From an uncultured Rivularia sp. (GTDB taxonomy: Bacteria > Cyanobacteriota > Cyanobacteriia > Cyanobacteriales > Nostocaceae), in contig OY762007.1 of assembly GCA_963665115.1 (NCBI GenBank), positions 7,072,001 to 7,136,000 on the forward strand: a stretch of 64,000 nucleotides of DNA. Direction: 5' to 3'. Positions 10,628 to 23,505 of the stretch are shown in pieces. A program made the translations under genes and the position numbers. Numbering within the stretch: the stretch's first letter is position 1; every line of letters begins with the position of its first letter. Below the pieces are notes generated by a model that saw only the letters and a list, made by a program, of their open reading frames with translations, was not told the origin of the DNA and did not search any database.

Positions 10628-10910
10628 AAAAAGCCCCCGTTAAAACCCTCTGTGTGGCTATTGCCAGATTTAGTTTAGCAAGCCACGGGCAGAGCTAATA
10701 AGTGAAATTGCTACCATCTACTACGTTTTTTGTATAAATGTCATCTAAATTAGTAATTTAACTAATAAATAATATAGGTGTACATTGCCCGAAGATAAAT
10801 AAGACAAAAATCTTCCTCCTCAAGACATATTTAATATAGTCACGAAAGCTACTTAAAATATAACAAATTTAGAATTTATTATTTATTTGAGAATTTCAAA
10901 TATCAAAAAT

Positions 10911-11903
10911 ATGTCTGATTATTCCGGCACTACAGCAGCCATAATTGAGCAAGCTATAAATTTGGAGCAAACTCTACCAATAAAAAATGAACATTGCGGT
11001 TCCAAATTCTTTTTTCAACCCAATCCAACTAAAAAGGTTTGTCTTTTATTTCACGGATTTACCGCAGGTCCCTATCAGTTTGAATCATTAGGAAAACAAT
11101 TGTTTGAGGCTGGCTATAATGTTCTGATCCCTTTACAACCAGGTCATGGAGTCGCGGGAAATTTTGATAGTGATAATCCTCCTCCTTTACCATTAGAACG
11201 GGAAGTTTATTTAGATTATGCAATTTCATGGTTACAAATTGCTCAAAAATTAGGTGATAAAGTTATTGTTGGAGGATTATCCAGCGGTGGAACTTTAGCT
11301 GCTTGGTTGGCATCAGAATTTAATCGAGAAATTGAGAAGACTATATTATTTTCTCCTTATTTAAGTAGTAAAAATGCAATTATAGATTTTGCTGTGGAAG
11401 TACTGCCAGTTTATTATGAGTGGTTCAATAAAGATAATCCGGGTAATTTTGGCTATAAAGGTTTTAAAGTTCCTGCATTACGACTATTTTTGGATCTGGG
11501 TAAAGAAATACTGGAGCGAGTGAAGAATCATCCATCATCGCCGATGTTTATTATTACTAGCGAGAGCGATGCAGTTGTCGATCGCAGTGATTTGAAAGAA
11601 TTATTTGAATCTGTAATTGATAAGCAGTCAAAATCTTGGTATTTCTGCTTCGATAAATCATTTGATATTCCCCATACAATGATGACGGAACTTGAAGGAA
11701 ATAATTATGTAGGTTTACTAAATACTGTGGCGAAAGCTTATTTAGAAAGCGATATTACTTGGAATCAAGTTTTAGAAATTGGGAATGGAATATTAAAAGG
11801 AAAACCTTTTGAGACTGCTGTAAAGGATTTAGATTTGATCGAAAAAGTTTCTCCAGATTTATCGGTGATGTTGTCGGTGATGGATAAGGAAGTGATTGTT
11901 TGA
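10911..11903 (+). CDS. Alpha/beta hydrolase (esterase/lipase-like)
   Basis: HGFT oxyanion motif, GLSSG nucleophile elbow, ESDAVV Asp and IPH His. Confidence 0.85.
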   Translation: MSDYSGTTAAIIEQAINLEQTLPIKNEHCGSKFFFQPNPTKKVCLLFHGFTAGPYQFESLGKQLFEAGYNVLIPLQPGHGVAGNFDSDNPPPLPLEREVYLDYAISWLQIAQKLGDKVIVGGLSSGGTLAAWLASEFNREIEKTILFSPYLSSKNAIIDFAVEVLPVYYEWFNKDNPGNFGYKGFKVPALRLFLDLGKEILERVKNHPSSPMFIITSESDAVVDRSDLKELFESVIDKQSKSWYFCFDKSFDIPHTMMTELEGNNYVGLLNTVAKAYLESDITWNQVLEIGNGILKGKPFETAVKDLDLIEKVSPDLSVMLSVMDKEVIV

Positions 11904-11913
11904 TTTAAAGCAA

Positions 11914-11965
11914 CCCTCAGACTGGAAGTCTGGGGCTACAAGAACAAAGCCCACCTGCGTGGGCT
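11914..11965. repeat. Two-hairpin small dispersed element, copy 1
   Basis: CAGACT-GGA-AGTCTG...GCTAC...AGCCCAC-CTGC-GTGGGCT; homologous copies at 39334 and 54172, degenerate copy near 23257. Confidence 0.8.
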
Positions 11966-12034
11966 AAGAATCGGATAAAAAACCGGGTTTCTGGTTTACT
12001 AATAATTTAAGAAGGCTATTCCTAAAAAATTCTT

Positions 12035-13450
<1,416 letters not shown>

Positions 13451-13460
13451 TTAATTTTTA

Positions 13461-13595
13461 AGTTAGGAGTAAGGCAAGAGTAAGGAGTGAGGAGTTAGGA
13501 ATAAAATTCAAGATTTATAACTTTTAATTCTTGATTCTTAATCCATAACTCTTAACTCATAACTCTTAACTCATAACTCTTAACTCATAACTCCT
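13461..13595. repeat. STRR heptamer tract (GAGTTAG / ACTCATA-ACTCTTA)
   Basis: Short tandem heptamers in inverted orientation. Similar tracts lie near 16670, 22370, 26820, 30890, 36350, 40180, 50450 and 51430. Confidence 0.85.
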
Positions 13596-13624
13596 GTACA
13601 GACGTAGCACTGCTACGTCTCTAC
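13596..13624 (-). repeat. REP-like palindrome GTAGAGACGTAGCAGTGCTACGTCTGTAC
   Basis: Near-identical copy at 26877-26903 and a half copy near 36522. Confidence 0.8.
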
Positions 13625-13631
13625 AACTTTA

Positions 13632-14432
13632 TTAGCTGTTGGGGAAGAGACGGGCTATTTCCGAATCGTCAATAGAACCGTCATTCATGTCTTCCCCGGA
13701 AAAAATTTCGTTATCTTTTTGTCTAGATTCTTCGCCCCATACATCTGTTAGCGCATCGCCGAAGCCAGTGCTATCACCATCTTTGAACTCGTCAAAGGAG
13801 ATGTCGCCAAATGCGTCATCATCTGCACTTGGGGTTTGTGCGGTTTGTTCTTCAGAAGATTCTTCTTCATAATCAGACATCTCAGACATATCTCCCAAAC
13901 CTTCAGCTTGGATGTCATCCAATCCGCTGTCTTCGCTACTAGAATTTTCTTCTAACTCTTGTCCACCCCAAGCTTCTTCTACTACCAAGGTTCCATCTTG
14001 AGAATCACCTAAGTCCATATCTGGTGCTGCAATATTTTCTACTTGAGAATCGTCCTCAAAAGAAGCAACTCCAGCAAACTCGTCTGAGTTTTCATCTACG
14101 GAGAATTCCGATTCCGAAACTTCTTCGTCTTCAGATACTGACTGCATTGGCTGTTTTCCGAGGGCTGTATCCGGATCGAAGTGCAAATCGAGTACTTCAA
14201 TCAAGGTATCAGCATCTGCATTTAACTTGGAAAACGGCAGCATTAACTGTGCTAACTTCGGCTCCAGGGCGTTTGCTACTCCCAGGATGAGGTATGAAGA
14301 CGGGCGTTTACCACCATCCGGTGTGTAAACCGAGTCCACCTCCATATGTAATTTAATCCAGTCGCGATTCGAGGCGTAGAATTGCAACCACTTCTGCTTT
14401 AAGGAATCCGTGAAACTATAAAAGAAAGCCAT
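13632..14432 (-). CDS. DUF5331 domain protein with a long acidic tail
   Basis: SLKQKWLQFY...RPSSYLILG N-terminal domain and a D/E/S-rich low-complexity C-terminus; lies between chlL and chlN. Confidence 0.75.
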   Translation of the reverse strand: MAFFYSFTDSLKQKWLQFYASNRDWIKLHMEVDSVYTPDGGKRPSSYLILGVANALEPKLAQLMLPFSKLNADADTLIEVLDLHFDPDTALGKQPMQSVSEDEEVSESEFSVDENSDEFAGVASFEDDSQVENIAAPDMDLGDSQDGTLVVEEAWGGQELEENSSSEDSGLDDIQAEGLGDMSEMSDYEEESSEEQTAQTPSADDDAFGDISFDEFKDGDSTGFGDALTDVWGEESRQKDNEIFSGEDMNDGSIDDSEIARLFPNS

Positions 14433-14465
14433 GCTATCTCCTCATCCTGAAAATAAACTAATGAT

Positions 14466-15332
14466 TTATACAATCATTAAGTCTAGTTCCTCTTCGGGAT
14501 TAGGAACCTGTGGTTTATTCGGATTTAGATAAAAATCTGACAACAATGAGAACAGTTCTCGATCTGGAGAATCCTGTGGAACTACCCCCTCGGGACGTGC
14601 CAAAAGCTGATCGGCAATGCTCAGATAATAGTCGCAAACGAAGTTTAAGGAAGGTTCTGTCTCCGCCATTTCAAATAAAGTCTTGCCTTTTACTCGGGAA
14701 ACACGGATATCTTCTATCAAAGGTAGAACTTCTAAAACTGGCATGGGAACGGATTCAATATATTTTTCAATTAAATCGCGTTTTGAGGTACGGTTGCCAA
14801 TTAAACCTGCCAGTCTCAGTGGATGAGTCCGGGCTTTTTCTCTTACAGAAGCGGCAATACGGTTAGCAGCAAATAATGCGTCAAAACCATTGTCAGTAAC
14901 GATTAAACAATAGTCGGCATAGTTGAGCGGTGCTGCGAAACCACCACAAACAACGTCACCTAGAACGTCGAACAATATTACATCATACTCATCAAAAGCG
15001 TTGAGTTCCTTGAGTAGTTTTACGGTTTCTCCAACAACATAACCGCCACATCCAGCACCTGCGGGTGGTCCGCCAGCTTCTACACAATCAACTCCGCCAT
15101 AGCCCTTGTAAATAACGTCTTCGGGCCAAATATCTTCGTAGTGGAAATCCTTCTCTTGCAAGGTATCAATAATTGTTGGAATCAAAAATCCTGTCAAGGT
15201 GAAAGTACTATCGTGTTTGGGGTCACAACCGATTTGTAGAACTTTTTTACCGCGCTTGGCTAAGGCAACGGAAATATTACAACTCGTTGTGGATTTACCG
15301 ATTCCGCCTTTTCCGTAAACTGCTAGTCTCAC
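14466..15332 (-). CDS. chlL: Light-independent protochlorophyllide reductase Fe-S ATP-binding subunit
   Basis: [27 protein letters not shown] and [11 protein letters not shown]. Confidence 0.97.
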   Translation of the reverse strand: MRLAVYGKGGIGKSTTSCNISVALAKRGKKVLQIGCDPKHDSTFTLTGFLIPTIIDTLQEKDFHYEDIWPEDVIYKGYGGVDCVEAGGPPAGAGCGGYVVGETVKLLKELNAFDEYDVILFDVLGDVVCGGFAAPLNYADYCLIVTDNGFDALFAANRIAASVREKARTHPLRLAGLIGNRTSKRDLIEKYIESVPMPVLEVLPLIEDIRVSRVKGKTLFEMAETEPSLNFVCDYYLSIADQLLARPEGVVPQDSPDRELFSLLSDFYLNPNKPQVPNPEEELDLMIV

Positions 15333-16349
15333 TGTTGTTTCCTCTTATAGTTTCTTGTCAAATTGACTTCATAACTTTCCTTTACCTAGATAGACAAAGG
15401 GTTGCAATGTATAGGTCGTTTTCGCTCGTTAATGTCCAAGTTACACCCAAAGCAAAAAAGATTTTGGATGATAATTGTGTTTATAGCTGATTATTTTGGT
15501 TCATTACTTAATATTTAAAACACTATTGTCTGTAAAAGTCTATCACTCGTTAAATTAACGTAATAATAGTTTTTGTTTATTTATTTATATATAAATAGTT
15601 ACAATAAACAAAAATTTTAAATACCGCTAATGTATGTATGCTCGTGGATATAATTCATTGAAAAGCAGTATAAGGCTTGTGAATAGACTTTCAAAGGGGG
15701 ATTAGGACTAGGTAAACGCCTACGACGCTAGTTTTTCATCAAAGAAACCCCTAACTAAAAGCTATTAAGATTAAAATCTGGAGCAACTTGAGCTAGAAAA
15801 ACAGGGCGATCGCCCGCACCGACCGGGATAATACTTAGTTCAATTTTTGATGAATTTAAGTAAGTTCGGTAAAACTATCGAGAAGCCCGAATCTCTTTTA
15901 AAATCAGCATTTTTTTAGTTTTTTGCTTGCTGCGTACCTAAGTAAATACTCGGTATCTTTACAGAAAAAAATTAATTTAAATTTAATGAAAAAATTGATT
16001 CAGATATGCTTGTTGCAACGAATCTGTTTCAAAGGACATTTGCTTAATTTTGAACTTCAAAGTCTTATTAGATAAAGATTTAAGATAAAAGCAAGTTAAA
16101 TGCAGTAATGTTAAAAATCATCACATTTAAAAAAATAGACTAATTTATTACGAATTTTGCATTCAAATCGATTTTCAACCAATAACTCTTGAAAGAATGT
16201 AGATATAAATATTAAAAAAAGCTTATGATTATAGGTTTATTTAGAATATGTAATATAAAAGCAAATCAATCGATAAAAATCTAATTAATAATCAAATTAA
16301 TAAATAAATGTTGAACCATATTTTAAATGTAATTCCGTTTAGGAAAATC

Positions 16350-16607
16350 TCAACAGGCATTTTCTTCCTTGGTTTGCGCCATTTCCTGTAAAGATTGCCA
16401 ACCAGGTTGCCAATTTGATCGATCTTGCAGCAGCTTGGCATTAATCCAGAAGCGAACCTCGGAATCGCAAGAAGCAACCATTTCTGCATATACCCACTTA
16501 GCTTGATTTTTGCGATTAATCACTTGAAAATGCCGCCAACCATCAATTTTTTGTCCAGATGTCCACTTAGAACCCAGTAAATAAGGGAATTTTTGTTTCT
16601 TCGCCAT
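16350..16607 (-). CDS. TIGR02450-type tryptophan-rich small protein
   Basis: LLGSKWT, GWRHFQV and NWQPGWQ pattern. Confidence 0.8.
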   Translation of the reverse strand: MAKKQKFPYLLGSKWTSGQKIDGWRHFQVINRKNQAKWVYAEMVASCDSEVRFWINAKLLQDRSNWQPGWQSLQEMAQTKEENAC

Positions 16608-16903
16608 TTTCTTGCCATGCTTATCTCGTAATTATCTTAACTCGGAAGGGGGAGGGGGTAGATGGGGGGAAGAGTTAGGAGCTAGGAGTTAGGAGTTAGG
16701 AGTTAAGAATTGAAAACTCAGAACTATTAACCTTTAACCTTTGACCTTTGACCTTTAACCTGAATTTAGGGAAATACCTCTAACTAAGGGGGTGAACACC
16801 GACCCTGTAAGTTGTACGCTTATTTTTAGAATGTTTTATAGAAAGAATTGTTTATTTTTGATTTTTTTGTGGTAATTGATTTGTTACCTTTTTTACAAAG
16901 ATT

Positions 16904-19522
16904 ATGCAACCTACTAATCCAAACCAATTTACTGAAAAAGCTTGGGAGGCTATTACCCATACTCCCGAGACTGCTAAACAATATCAACAACAGCAGATTG
17001 AAAGCGAACATTTAATGAAGGCTCTGCTGGAGCAAGATGGATTGACTGCCCCTACTTTTACTAAGATGGGTGCGAATCCCATAAAGATTAAAGAACGCAC
17101 GGAAGAGTTTATCAAAAGTCAACCAAGGGTATCGGGTAGCAGTAGTTCTGTATACTTGGGACGCAGCTTAGACACTCTTTTAGATCGAGCGGATGGATAC
17201 CGCAAAGAGTTCGGTGACGAGTATATTTCTATCGAACATTTATTGCTTGCTTATGCCAGGGATGACCGTTTTGGTAAGAGTTTATTCCGAGAATTTGGCA
17301 TAGACGAAAGGAAATTAAAAGAAACTATTAAGCAAATAAGGGGGAGTCAAAAAGTGACTGACCAAAATCCAGAAGGTAAATATCAATCTCTGGAAAAATA
17401 TGGGCGTGACTTAACTCAAGCTGCTAGTGAAGGTAAGCTTGACCCTGTAATTGGCCGCGATGATGAAATTCGTCGTACCATTCAGATTTTGTCGCGACGT
17501 ACTAAAAATAACCCCGTATTAATCGGCGAACCTGGTGTTGGTAAAACGGCGATCGCCGAAGGTTTGGCGCAGCGAATTATCGCCGGAGATGTGCCGCAAT
17601 CGCTCAAAGATCGCAAGTTGATAGCTTTGGATATGGGCGCTTTGATTGCGGGTGCCAAGTTCCGGGGTGAGTTTGAGGAACGTCTCAAGGCTGTATTGAA
17701 AGAAGTTACCGAGTCTCAAGGAAATATTGTTCTATTTATTGATGAAATTCATACCGTAGTTGGGGCTGGTGCGACTCAAGGTGCGATGGATGCGGGTAAT
17801 TTGCTCAAGCCGATGTTGGCTCGGGGTGAGTTGCGCTGTATTGGTGCGACTACTTTAGATGAATATCGTAAATATATTGAAAAAGATGCGGCTTTGGAAA
17901 GACGCTTCCAACAGGTTTACGTCGGTCAACCCAGCGTGGAAGATACTGTTTCGATTCTCCGGGGTTTAAAGGAACGGTATGAAGTTCACCACGGTGTAAG
18001 GATTGCGGATAGCTCTTTGGTTGCGGCTGCTACTTTATCAAACCGTTATATTACCGACCGCTTTTTGCCCGATAAAGCCATTGATTTGGTGGATGAAGCG
18101 GCAGCGCGTTTGAAGATGGAGATTACTTCCAAACCTGAAGAATTAGACGAAATCGACCGCAAAATTCTGCAATTGGAAATGGAAAAGCTATCGCTACAAA
18201 AGGAAAGCGATGCAGCTTCTAGGGAACGTTTGGAAAGGTTAGAAAAAGAACTTGCCGATTTAAAGGAAGAACAGCGAGCGCTCAACAGTCAGTGGCAGTC
18301 GGAAAAAGACGTAATTACCAAGATTCAAACGGTAAAAGAGGAAATTGACCGAGTTAACGTAGAAATTCAGCAAGCAGAACGGGATTACGATTTGAATCGG
18401 GCTGCTGAGTTGAAATACGGTAAGTTAACCGATCTACATCGTCAATTGGAAACAGCTGAAACAGAACTTTCTCAAGCGCAGCACAGCGGTAAATCTCTGT
18501 TACGCGAAGAAGTCACCGAAGCTGATATTGCTGAAGTAATTTCTAAATGGACGGGTATCCCCATCAGTAAGTTAGTGGAATCCGAAAAAGAGAAATTATT
18601 GCATCTTGAAGATGAATTGCACAACCGCGTTGTCGGACAAGATGAAGCAGTAACGGCGATCGCCGATGCCATACAGCGTTCTCGTGCGGGACTTGCTGAC
18701 CCCAATCGTCCTATAGCTTCGTTTATTTTCCTCGGCCCTACGGGTGTTGGTAAAACCGAATTGGGTAAAGCTTTAGCTTCCTATATGTTTGACACCGAAG
18801 AAGCGATAGTGCGGATTGATATGTCCGAATACATGGAAAAACACGCCGTTTCTCGTTTAATTGGTGCCCCTCCGGGATACGTTGGTTACGAAGAAGGTGG
18901 ACAACTTACCGAAGCTATTCGCCGTCGTCCTTATGCAGTAATTCTCTTTGACGAAATTGAGAAAGCACACCCAGATGTATTTAACATCATGCTGCAAATC
19001 CTTGATGACGGAAGAGTTACCGATTCTCAAGGACGATTAGTGGACTTCAAAAACACCATTATCATCATGACGAGTAACATCGGTTCTCAGTTTATCCTTG
19101 ATGTTGCTGGGGATAATTCTCGTTATGAAGAAATGACTAACCGAGTTATGGAAGCAATGCGGAGTAGTTTCCGTCCGGAATTTCTCAACCGTATTGATGA
19201 AATCATCTTCTTCCATGCATTAGAAAAATCCGAATTACGCAAGATTGTCCAGCTACAGGTACAAAGATTGCATCATAGATTAGCAGACCGCAAGATGACT
19301 TTGAAACTTGCCGATGCTGCTCTAGACTTTTTAGCAGAAGTTGGATACGACCCAGTATACGGTGCGCGTCCGTTAAAACGTGCGATTCAGCGCGAATTAG
19401 AAACTCAAATAGCGAAGTCAATTTTGCGTGGTGAATTCAACGATGGCGATACTATCTTTGTGGATGTAGAAAACGAACGTCTTCTGTTTAAGCGCGTTCC
19501 CTCAGAGTTAGTAACTATGTAG
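16904..19522 (+). CDS. clpB: ATP-dependent disaggregase ClpB
   Basis: Two AAA modules ([16 protein letters not shown]) and a coiled-coil M domain (RAAELKYG). Confidence 0.97.
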   Translation: MQPTNPNQFTEKAWEAITHTPETAKQYQQQQIESEHLMKALLEQDGLTAPTFTKMGANPIKIKERTEEFIKSQPRVSGSSSSVYLGRSLDTLLDRADGYRKEFGDEYISIEHLLLAYARDDRFGKSLFREFGIDERKLKETIKQIRGSQKVTDQNPEGKYQSLEKYGRDLTQAASEGKLDPVIGRDDEIRRTIQILSRRTKNNPVLIGEPGVGKTAIAEGLAQRIIAGDVPQSLKDRKLIALDMGALIAGAKFRGEFEERLKAVLKEVTESQGNIVLFIDEIHTVVGAGATQGAMDAGNLLKPMLARGELRCIGATTLDEYRKYIEKDAALERRFQQVYVGQPSVEDTVSILRGLKERYEVHHGVRIADSSLVAAATLSNRYITDRFLPDKAIDLVDEAAARLKMEITSKPEELDEIDRKILQLEMEKLSLQKESDAASRERLERLEKELADLKEEQRALNSQWQSEKDVITKIQTVKEEIDRVNVEIQQAERDYDLNRAAELKYGKLTDLHRQLETAETELSQAQHSGKSLLREEVTEADIAEVISKWTGIPISKLVESEKEKLLHLEDELHNRVVGQDEAVTAIADAIQRSRAGLADPNRPIASFIFLGPTGVGKTELGKALASYMFDTEEAIVRIDMSEYMEKHAVSRLIGAPPGYVGYEEGGQLTEAIRRRPYAVILFDEIEKAHPDVFNIMLQILDDGRVTDSQGRLVDFKNTIIIMTSNIGSQFILDVAGDNSRYEEMTNRVMEAMRSSFRPEFLNRIDEIIFFHALEKSELRKIVQLQVQRLHHRLADRKMTLKLADAALDFLAEVGYDPVYGARPLKRAIQRELETQIAKSILRGEFNDGDTIFVDVENERLLFKRVPSELVTM

Positions 19523-19550
19523 TGCCCGTTAAAGTTGAAATAGTTTATTC

Positions 19551-19585
19551 AAAACCTGGTTTCCGAAAAGAAACTGGGTTTTTTT
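19551..19585 (+). terminator. Rho-independent terminator of clpB
   Basis: AAACCTGGTTTC-CGAAAA-GAAACTGGGTTT followed by a T run. Confidence 0.75.
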
Positions 19586-19699
19586 ATTTTTTTATATATT
19601 TATCCGGTTTCTTAGATCTATAAATTTAAGCAAAGAAAAATATAATTAATTCGTCAATTTTGTCAAACATTTTAATAGTATTTTAGTTAACAAATCTAA

Positions 19700-19780
19700 T
19701 TAGGACTTACGCAGTGAAACCAAAAATCAAGGTTTTAGGCTATAGGTAAAAGGGAACGGGGAACTCTTAATTACAGCGAT
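19700..19780. mobile_element. MITE/IS-end remnant beginning TAGGACTTACGCA
   Basis: The terminal motif resembles recurrent cyanobacterial MITE ends. No transposase and no matching right end were seen. Confidence 0.35.
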
Positions 19781-20666
19781 TTTAAATATCTAAGTGCGGC
19801 TATTCCTACTAATAAAGCCGTATTTTTTTTCTTTATGAATAACTTTGCAAGTAAAGATAATATACTGTTGACATCGAAAAAAGCCTAAAGTTACCTAGAA
19901 TACTAATTATCAAATAATAAAATTGATATTGCTGTATTTGATGCTTCTTACCAATATATACAGCCAAAATCAAAGCTACTTATCAAAAACGGTAACAGAA
20001 ACTGTCAGTTTGATTTGTTAACTAGATAACTAAATTGACATATTGCCAAATACTAAGCTAAAACTTGAATGGTCTAACCACTCTTGTATAATTTAGCTAG
20101 GAGTATTAATAATACTGAGAAAGGTAAAATTAACCTAGCCGTTTTGGTTTTGCTTATTTATAATTGTTGCTAAAAATGTAACAACAACCAGAAATAAGTA
20201 GTTTTAAAGCAAATTTATTGATGAAGGTAAATAACTGCCAAACTGGCAACAAGCTATCTTAAAATTTGTTATTCATTTATTTACCAGCTTGACTCAATTC
20301 ATCTTTAAAAGCGTTAAGCGATAATATATTTAATTCAAGCTGCAATCAGGATAACAAATTAAAGTGTTGAATAATTATTTACAGTTCAACGGTTAGGAAG
20401 CGAAAAAGCACGGGATTCTGTTTTTTTGTATAAATTAATTGCATCTAGATTTGATGTTTTTTACTACGACAATTATTAGATATTTTTTGTAGCTAACCTA
20501 ACAATTTAATCCCAGCAAGGAAAGATAATTGCGCGTACCACTTACTCTCAAGCAGAAAAACTATCTGCTCCGCCTGTATGGTATAAAATTCAAATTGGGT
20601 TATTAAATAAAGTTACAAATCAAACGAGGAAGTGCAAAAATTACTTTATTAAAACACCGTACTAGC

Positions 20667-22370
20667 ATGATTGGTCAGTTACTAGCAGGACGCTACAAAG
20701 TACTCCAAATATTAGCTGAAGGAGGCTTTGGACAAACTTATATCTGTTCGGACATTCATCTTCCCGGAGAACCTAAATGCGTTCTAAAGCATTTAAAGAC
20801 TACTAGTAGCTCACCGGAAACTTTAGAAGCAGCTAGAAGATTGTTTCAAAAAGAAGCCGATACACTACAACAGTTGGGAAATCACGATCAAATTCCCAGA
20901 CTTTTAGCTTATTTTGATGACAACAACCAGTTTTATCTGGTACAAGAATTAATTGAAGGACATTCTCTGAGCAGAGAATTACCCCAGGGGAGAAAATTAA
21001 GTCAAAGTCAAGCAATAGACATTTTGACCGAAATATTATCTGTTTTGCAGTTTGTGCATAGTCAAGGAGTAATTCACCGCGACATTAAACCCGACAATCT
21101 CATTAGACGTGCTTCAGATAATAAGTTAGTCTTAATTGATTTTGGTGCAATCAAGCAATTACGCAGTCAAACCGCGACTAATTCGGCAAAGCAAAATGTC
21201 ACATTAGTTGTAGGAACTCGGGGCTATATGCCTTCCGAACAAATTAGGCGTTTACCGCGTCAAGGAAGTGATATTTACGCTTTGGGAATGATTGCGATTC
21301 AAGCGTTAACAGGTGTATACCCTTACGAACTTCAAGACGATCCAAATACCGGAGAAATACTTTGGGAACACCTTAGAGAAGTAGATCCAGCATTTGCAGA
21401 AGTTATAAATAAGATGACGCGCTACCATTTTAAAGAGCGCTATCAAACTGTAGATGAAGTAATACAAGCTTTAAAAGAATTACCAATTCTTGAACCCGAT
21501 GTAGTAGAAAGCAATACTAATAATGGTTTATACGAACTTAGTTTAGAGTGGGTAGAATCCAACGATATTAAAACTTATAAAATTACTAATAACCAATTTA
21601 GTAAGATTCCAGGGAAAATTCGTATTGGCCGTGACCCCCAAGATTGCGATATCGTTTTATCAGAACTAACAGTGTCCGCACTACACGTAGAAATATTTTT
21701 CAATCCAGAAAAAGAAAAATTCTATTTGCGAAATCTTCGTCAAAAAAATCCACCTATCCTTGATGGTCAATTACTTTTAGCCGGAGAAATGTCGCTTTCT
21801 ATAAATAGCGTACTGCGTTTAGGACAACAAAATATAAAAGTTAAAGATATTACTTCTACAGAGTATGCAAATAATGTTGTTCCTGCTTATTACAAGAGTA
21901 AAAATTTTGCAGTTGAACCACAACAACCCATAGTTAAAACTGCTCGACTTCCGAAGATCCCTAGCAAACCAGAAGAACCCTCGGGGACGAAACCTTTAAA
22001 GGCAACTCCCTCAATCCCAATGCTTAGAAATGTACTACCGATAGGTGTAAAAAGCATAGGTGTAGCAACTGTTTTAGCTAGTGTTGGAGGGTTCGCATTA
22101 TTTAATACGGCCAATTTTGGTAAAGCCAGCTCGCAACACAATAATTTTCTATCGCAACAACCCCAACTTTGTCGTATTATCGATCCCCCCGAAACAACAA
22201 AATTACCAGAAATACGCCATCAACCTTACAGAGAAGCCGAAGGTTTTAAAACTGTAGATCCAGGAGAAAAAGTTTTATTTCTCAAATCTCAAGGTGACTT
22301 TGTAAAAATTAAACTTGAAGATGACACTCAAGGTTGGATTTTTTATGACCAAGTACAGCCTTGTAATTAA
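20667..22370 (+). CDS. Hanks-type Ser/Thr kinase with FHA domain, TM helix and C-terminal SH3b-like domain
   Basis: GGFGQTY, HRDIKPDN, DFG and GTRGYMPSEQ. FHA motif GRDPQ...VSALH...NP. Hydrophobic helix, then a GEKV...VKIKLEDDTQGWI tail. Confidence 0.85.
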   Translation: MIGQLLAGRYKVLQILAEGGFGQTYICSDIHLPGEPKCVLKHLKTTSSSPETLEAARRLFQKEADTLQQLGNHDQIPRLLAYFDDNNQFYLVQELIEGHSLSRELPQGRKLSQSQAIDILTEILSVLQFVHSQGVIHRDIKPDNLIRRASDNKLVLIDFGAIKQLRSQTATNSAKQNVTLVVGTRGYMPSEQIRRLPRQGSDIYALGMIAIQALTGVYPYELQDDPNTGEILWEHLREVDPAFAEVINKMTRYHFKERYQTVDEVIQALKELPILEPDVVESNTNNGLYELSLEWVESNDIKTYKITNNQFSKIPGKIRIGRDPQDCDIVLSELTVSALHVEIFFNPEKEKFYLRNLRQKNPPILDGQLLLAGEMSLSINSVLRLGQQNIKVKDITSTEYANNVVPAYYKSKNFAVEPQQPIVKTARLPKIPSKPEEPSGTKPLKATPSIPMLRNVLPIGVKSIGVATVLASVGGFALFNTANFGKASSQHNNFLSQQPQLCRIIDPPETTKLPEIRHQPYREAEGFKTVDPGEKVLFLKSQGDFVKIKLEDDTQGWIFYDQVQPCN

Positions 22371-22402
22371 GGAGTTAGGAGTTGGGAGTTAAGAGTTAGG
22401 AG

Positions 22403-22590
22403 TTATACAAATTCTGTATGAGACTGCGCTTAATCACCCTTAGCTTGGTAGTCCTTTTCATTAGTTTTGCGGTGCAACACATTCTTAGTGGGAGCGTCTC
22501 GCTCCCTCGGGTATGTCCGTCCTATGTCCTCACGCTCGGCGAACAGACACGCTGAGCCGCACTGCGTGAACGCTAACGCACTTCCTAATC
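22403..22590. mobile_element. Composite of a MITE terminus and a REP-like palindrome
   Basis: ATACAAATTCTGTATGAGACTGCGCTTAAT resembles the reverse complement of 39388-39417. TAGTGGGAGCGTCTCGCTCCCT lies at 22486. Local GC is elevated. Confidence 0.55.
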
Positions 22591-22910
22591 CTGAGAACTT
22601 ATGTGGTTGCCAGTACTTGACCACATTAATTTTACTGATAATTGGTGACTGAGAATACGTATTTTCCTCAATGCGTGACAGGGAATACTTAAATAAAATA
22701 ATACATATCATCAGGGGTTTTTGTTCCGGACTGCTTCAGAGGTTGGTTTGAGGTTGTTATACAGGAACAATATTTTTTCATGAGCATCTATGAGTTTTAT
22801 CCGTATAACTACTCCCAACCATTGAATAAGAAGTTATCTGAAACTAAATCTACAGCTTTCAGTATGTAGTTTTTGAGAAATAAGTCACGCGAGTGAGGAG
22901 ATAAGGTTTT

Positions 22911-23147
22911 ATGTCACTTGAACAGGTTGATGCTTTCTACGAAAATTTGATGGCAAACCAGGAAGTTTACGAACAATATTATAAAAGTTGTTCTGTAAAA
23001 GGCGTTTTTGGTGTGTGGAATTGGGATAAGGAAAAAATAGTTAATTTTGCTGCTACTCTAGGCTATGAATTTACAGAGCCGGAGCTAGATGAAGTTTTGT
23101 TTGATACCGGAGCGATAGATTCTAATAAAACTTTGAATTTACGTTAA
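22911..23147 (+). CDS. Nif11-like leader-domain small protein
   Basis: MSLEQVDAFYE...IVNFAATLGYEFTEPEL Nif11 pattern; strong GAGGAG RBS. Confidence 0.75.
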   Translation: MSLEQVDAFYENLMANQEVYEQYYKSCSVKGVFGVWNWDKEKIVNFAATLGYEFTEPELDEVLFDTGAIDSNKTLNLR

Positions 23148-23367
23148 TAAGTTGTGTGGGGAATTAAGTTTAAATTATCTTGTTTAATTTAAAGGTTTAG
23201 ACAGCTTTTTCAGTGTGATTATTTGTACCGTTTTTGTATAAAAATGCGCCTATTTTAACCCACCATTCAGGTGGGCTTTGTTTTAGTCGCCGTTGTAGTA
23301 AATGCCGTCCAGACTTCTAAACTATGGTTGATTTAGCACAACCTATACAGAATTAGTATTTGAATGA

Positions 23368-23402
23368 AGAAGCCCGGTTTCTGTAAAAAGAACCGGGCTT
23401 TC
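23368..23402. terminator. Hairpin between the convergent Nif11 and DUF924 genes
   Basis: AAGCCCGGTT...AACCGGGCTT. Confidence 0.6.
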
Positions 23403-23505
23403 GATTAATTAAAATTCTTATAACCCAATAACCTATAAAAATTTGGTTAAGACACAAAGACGCTGATGGATTCTATCTTTTTTTCTGTGTCTTAATAAAT
23501 AGCTA

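Noticed and set aside
19830..20040. Possible decayed gene fragment in the clpB-kinase gap
   Set aside because: Only short stop-interrupted frames with no recognisable family motif.
22430..22711. ORFs of 93 aa (-) and 61 aa (+)
   Set aside because: They run through MITE/REP sequence and show no protein-like motifs.
22724..22731. TCCGGA (DIF1 heterocyst promoter motif) upstream of the Nif11-like gene
   Set aside because: The hexamer also occurs inside coding regions in this window, and no supporting -10 element or TSS can be established.
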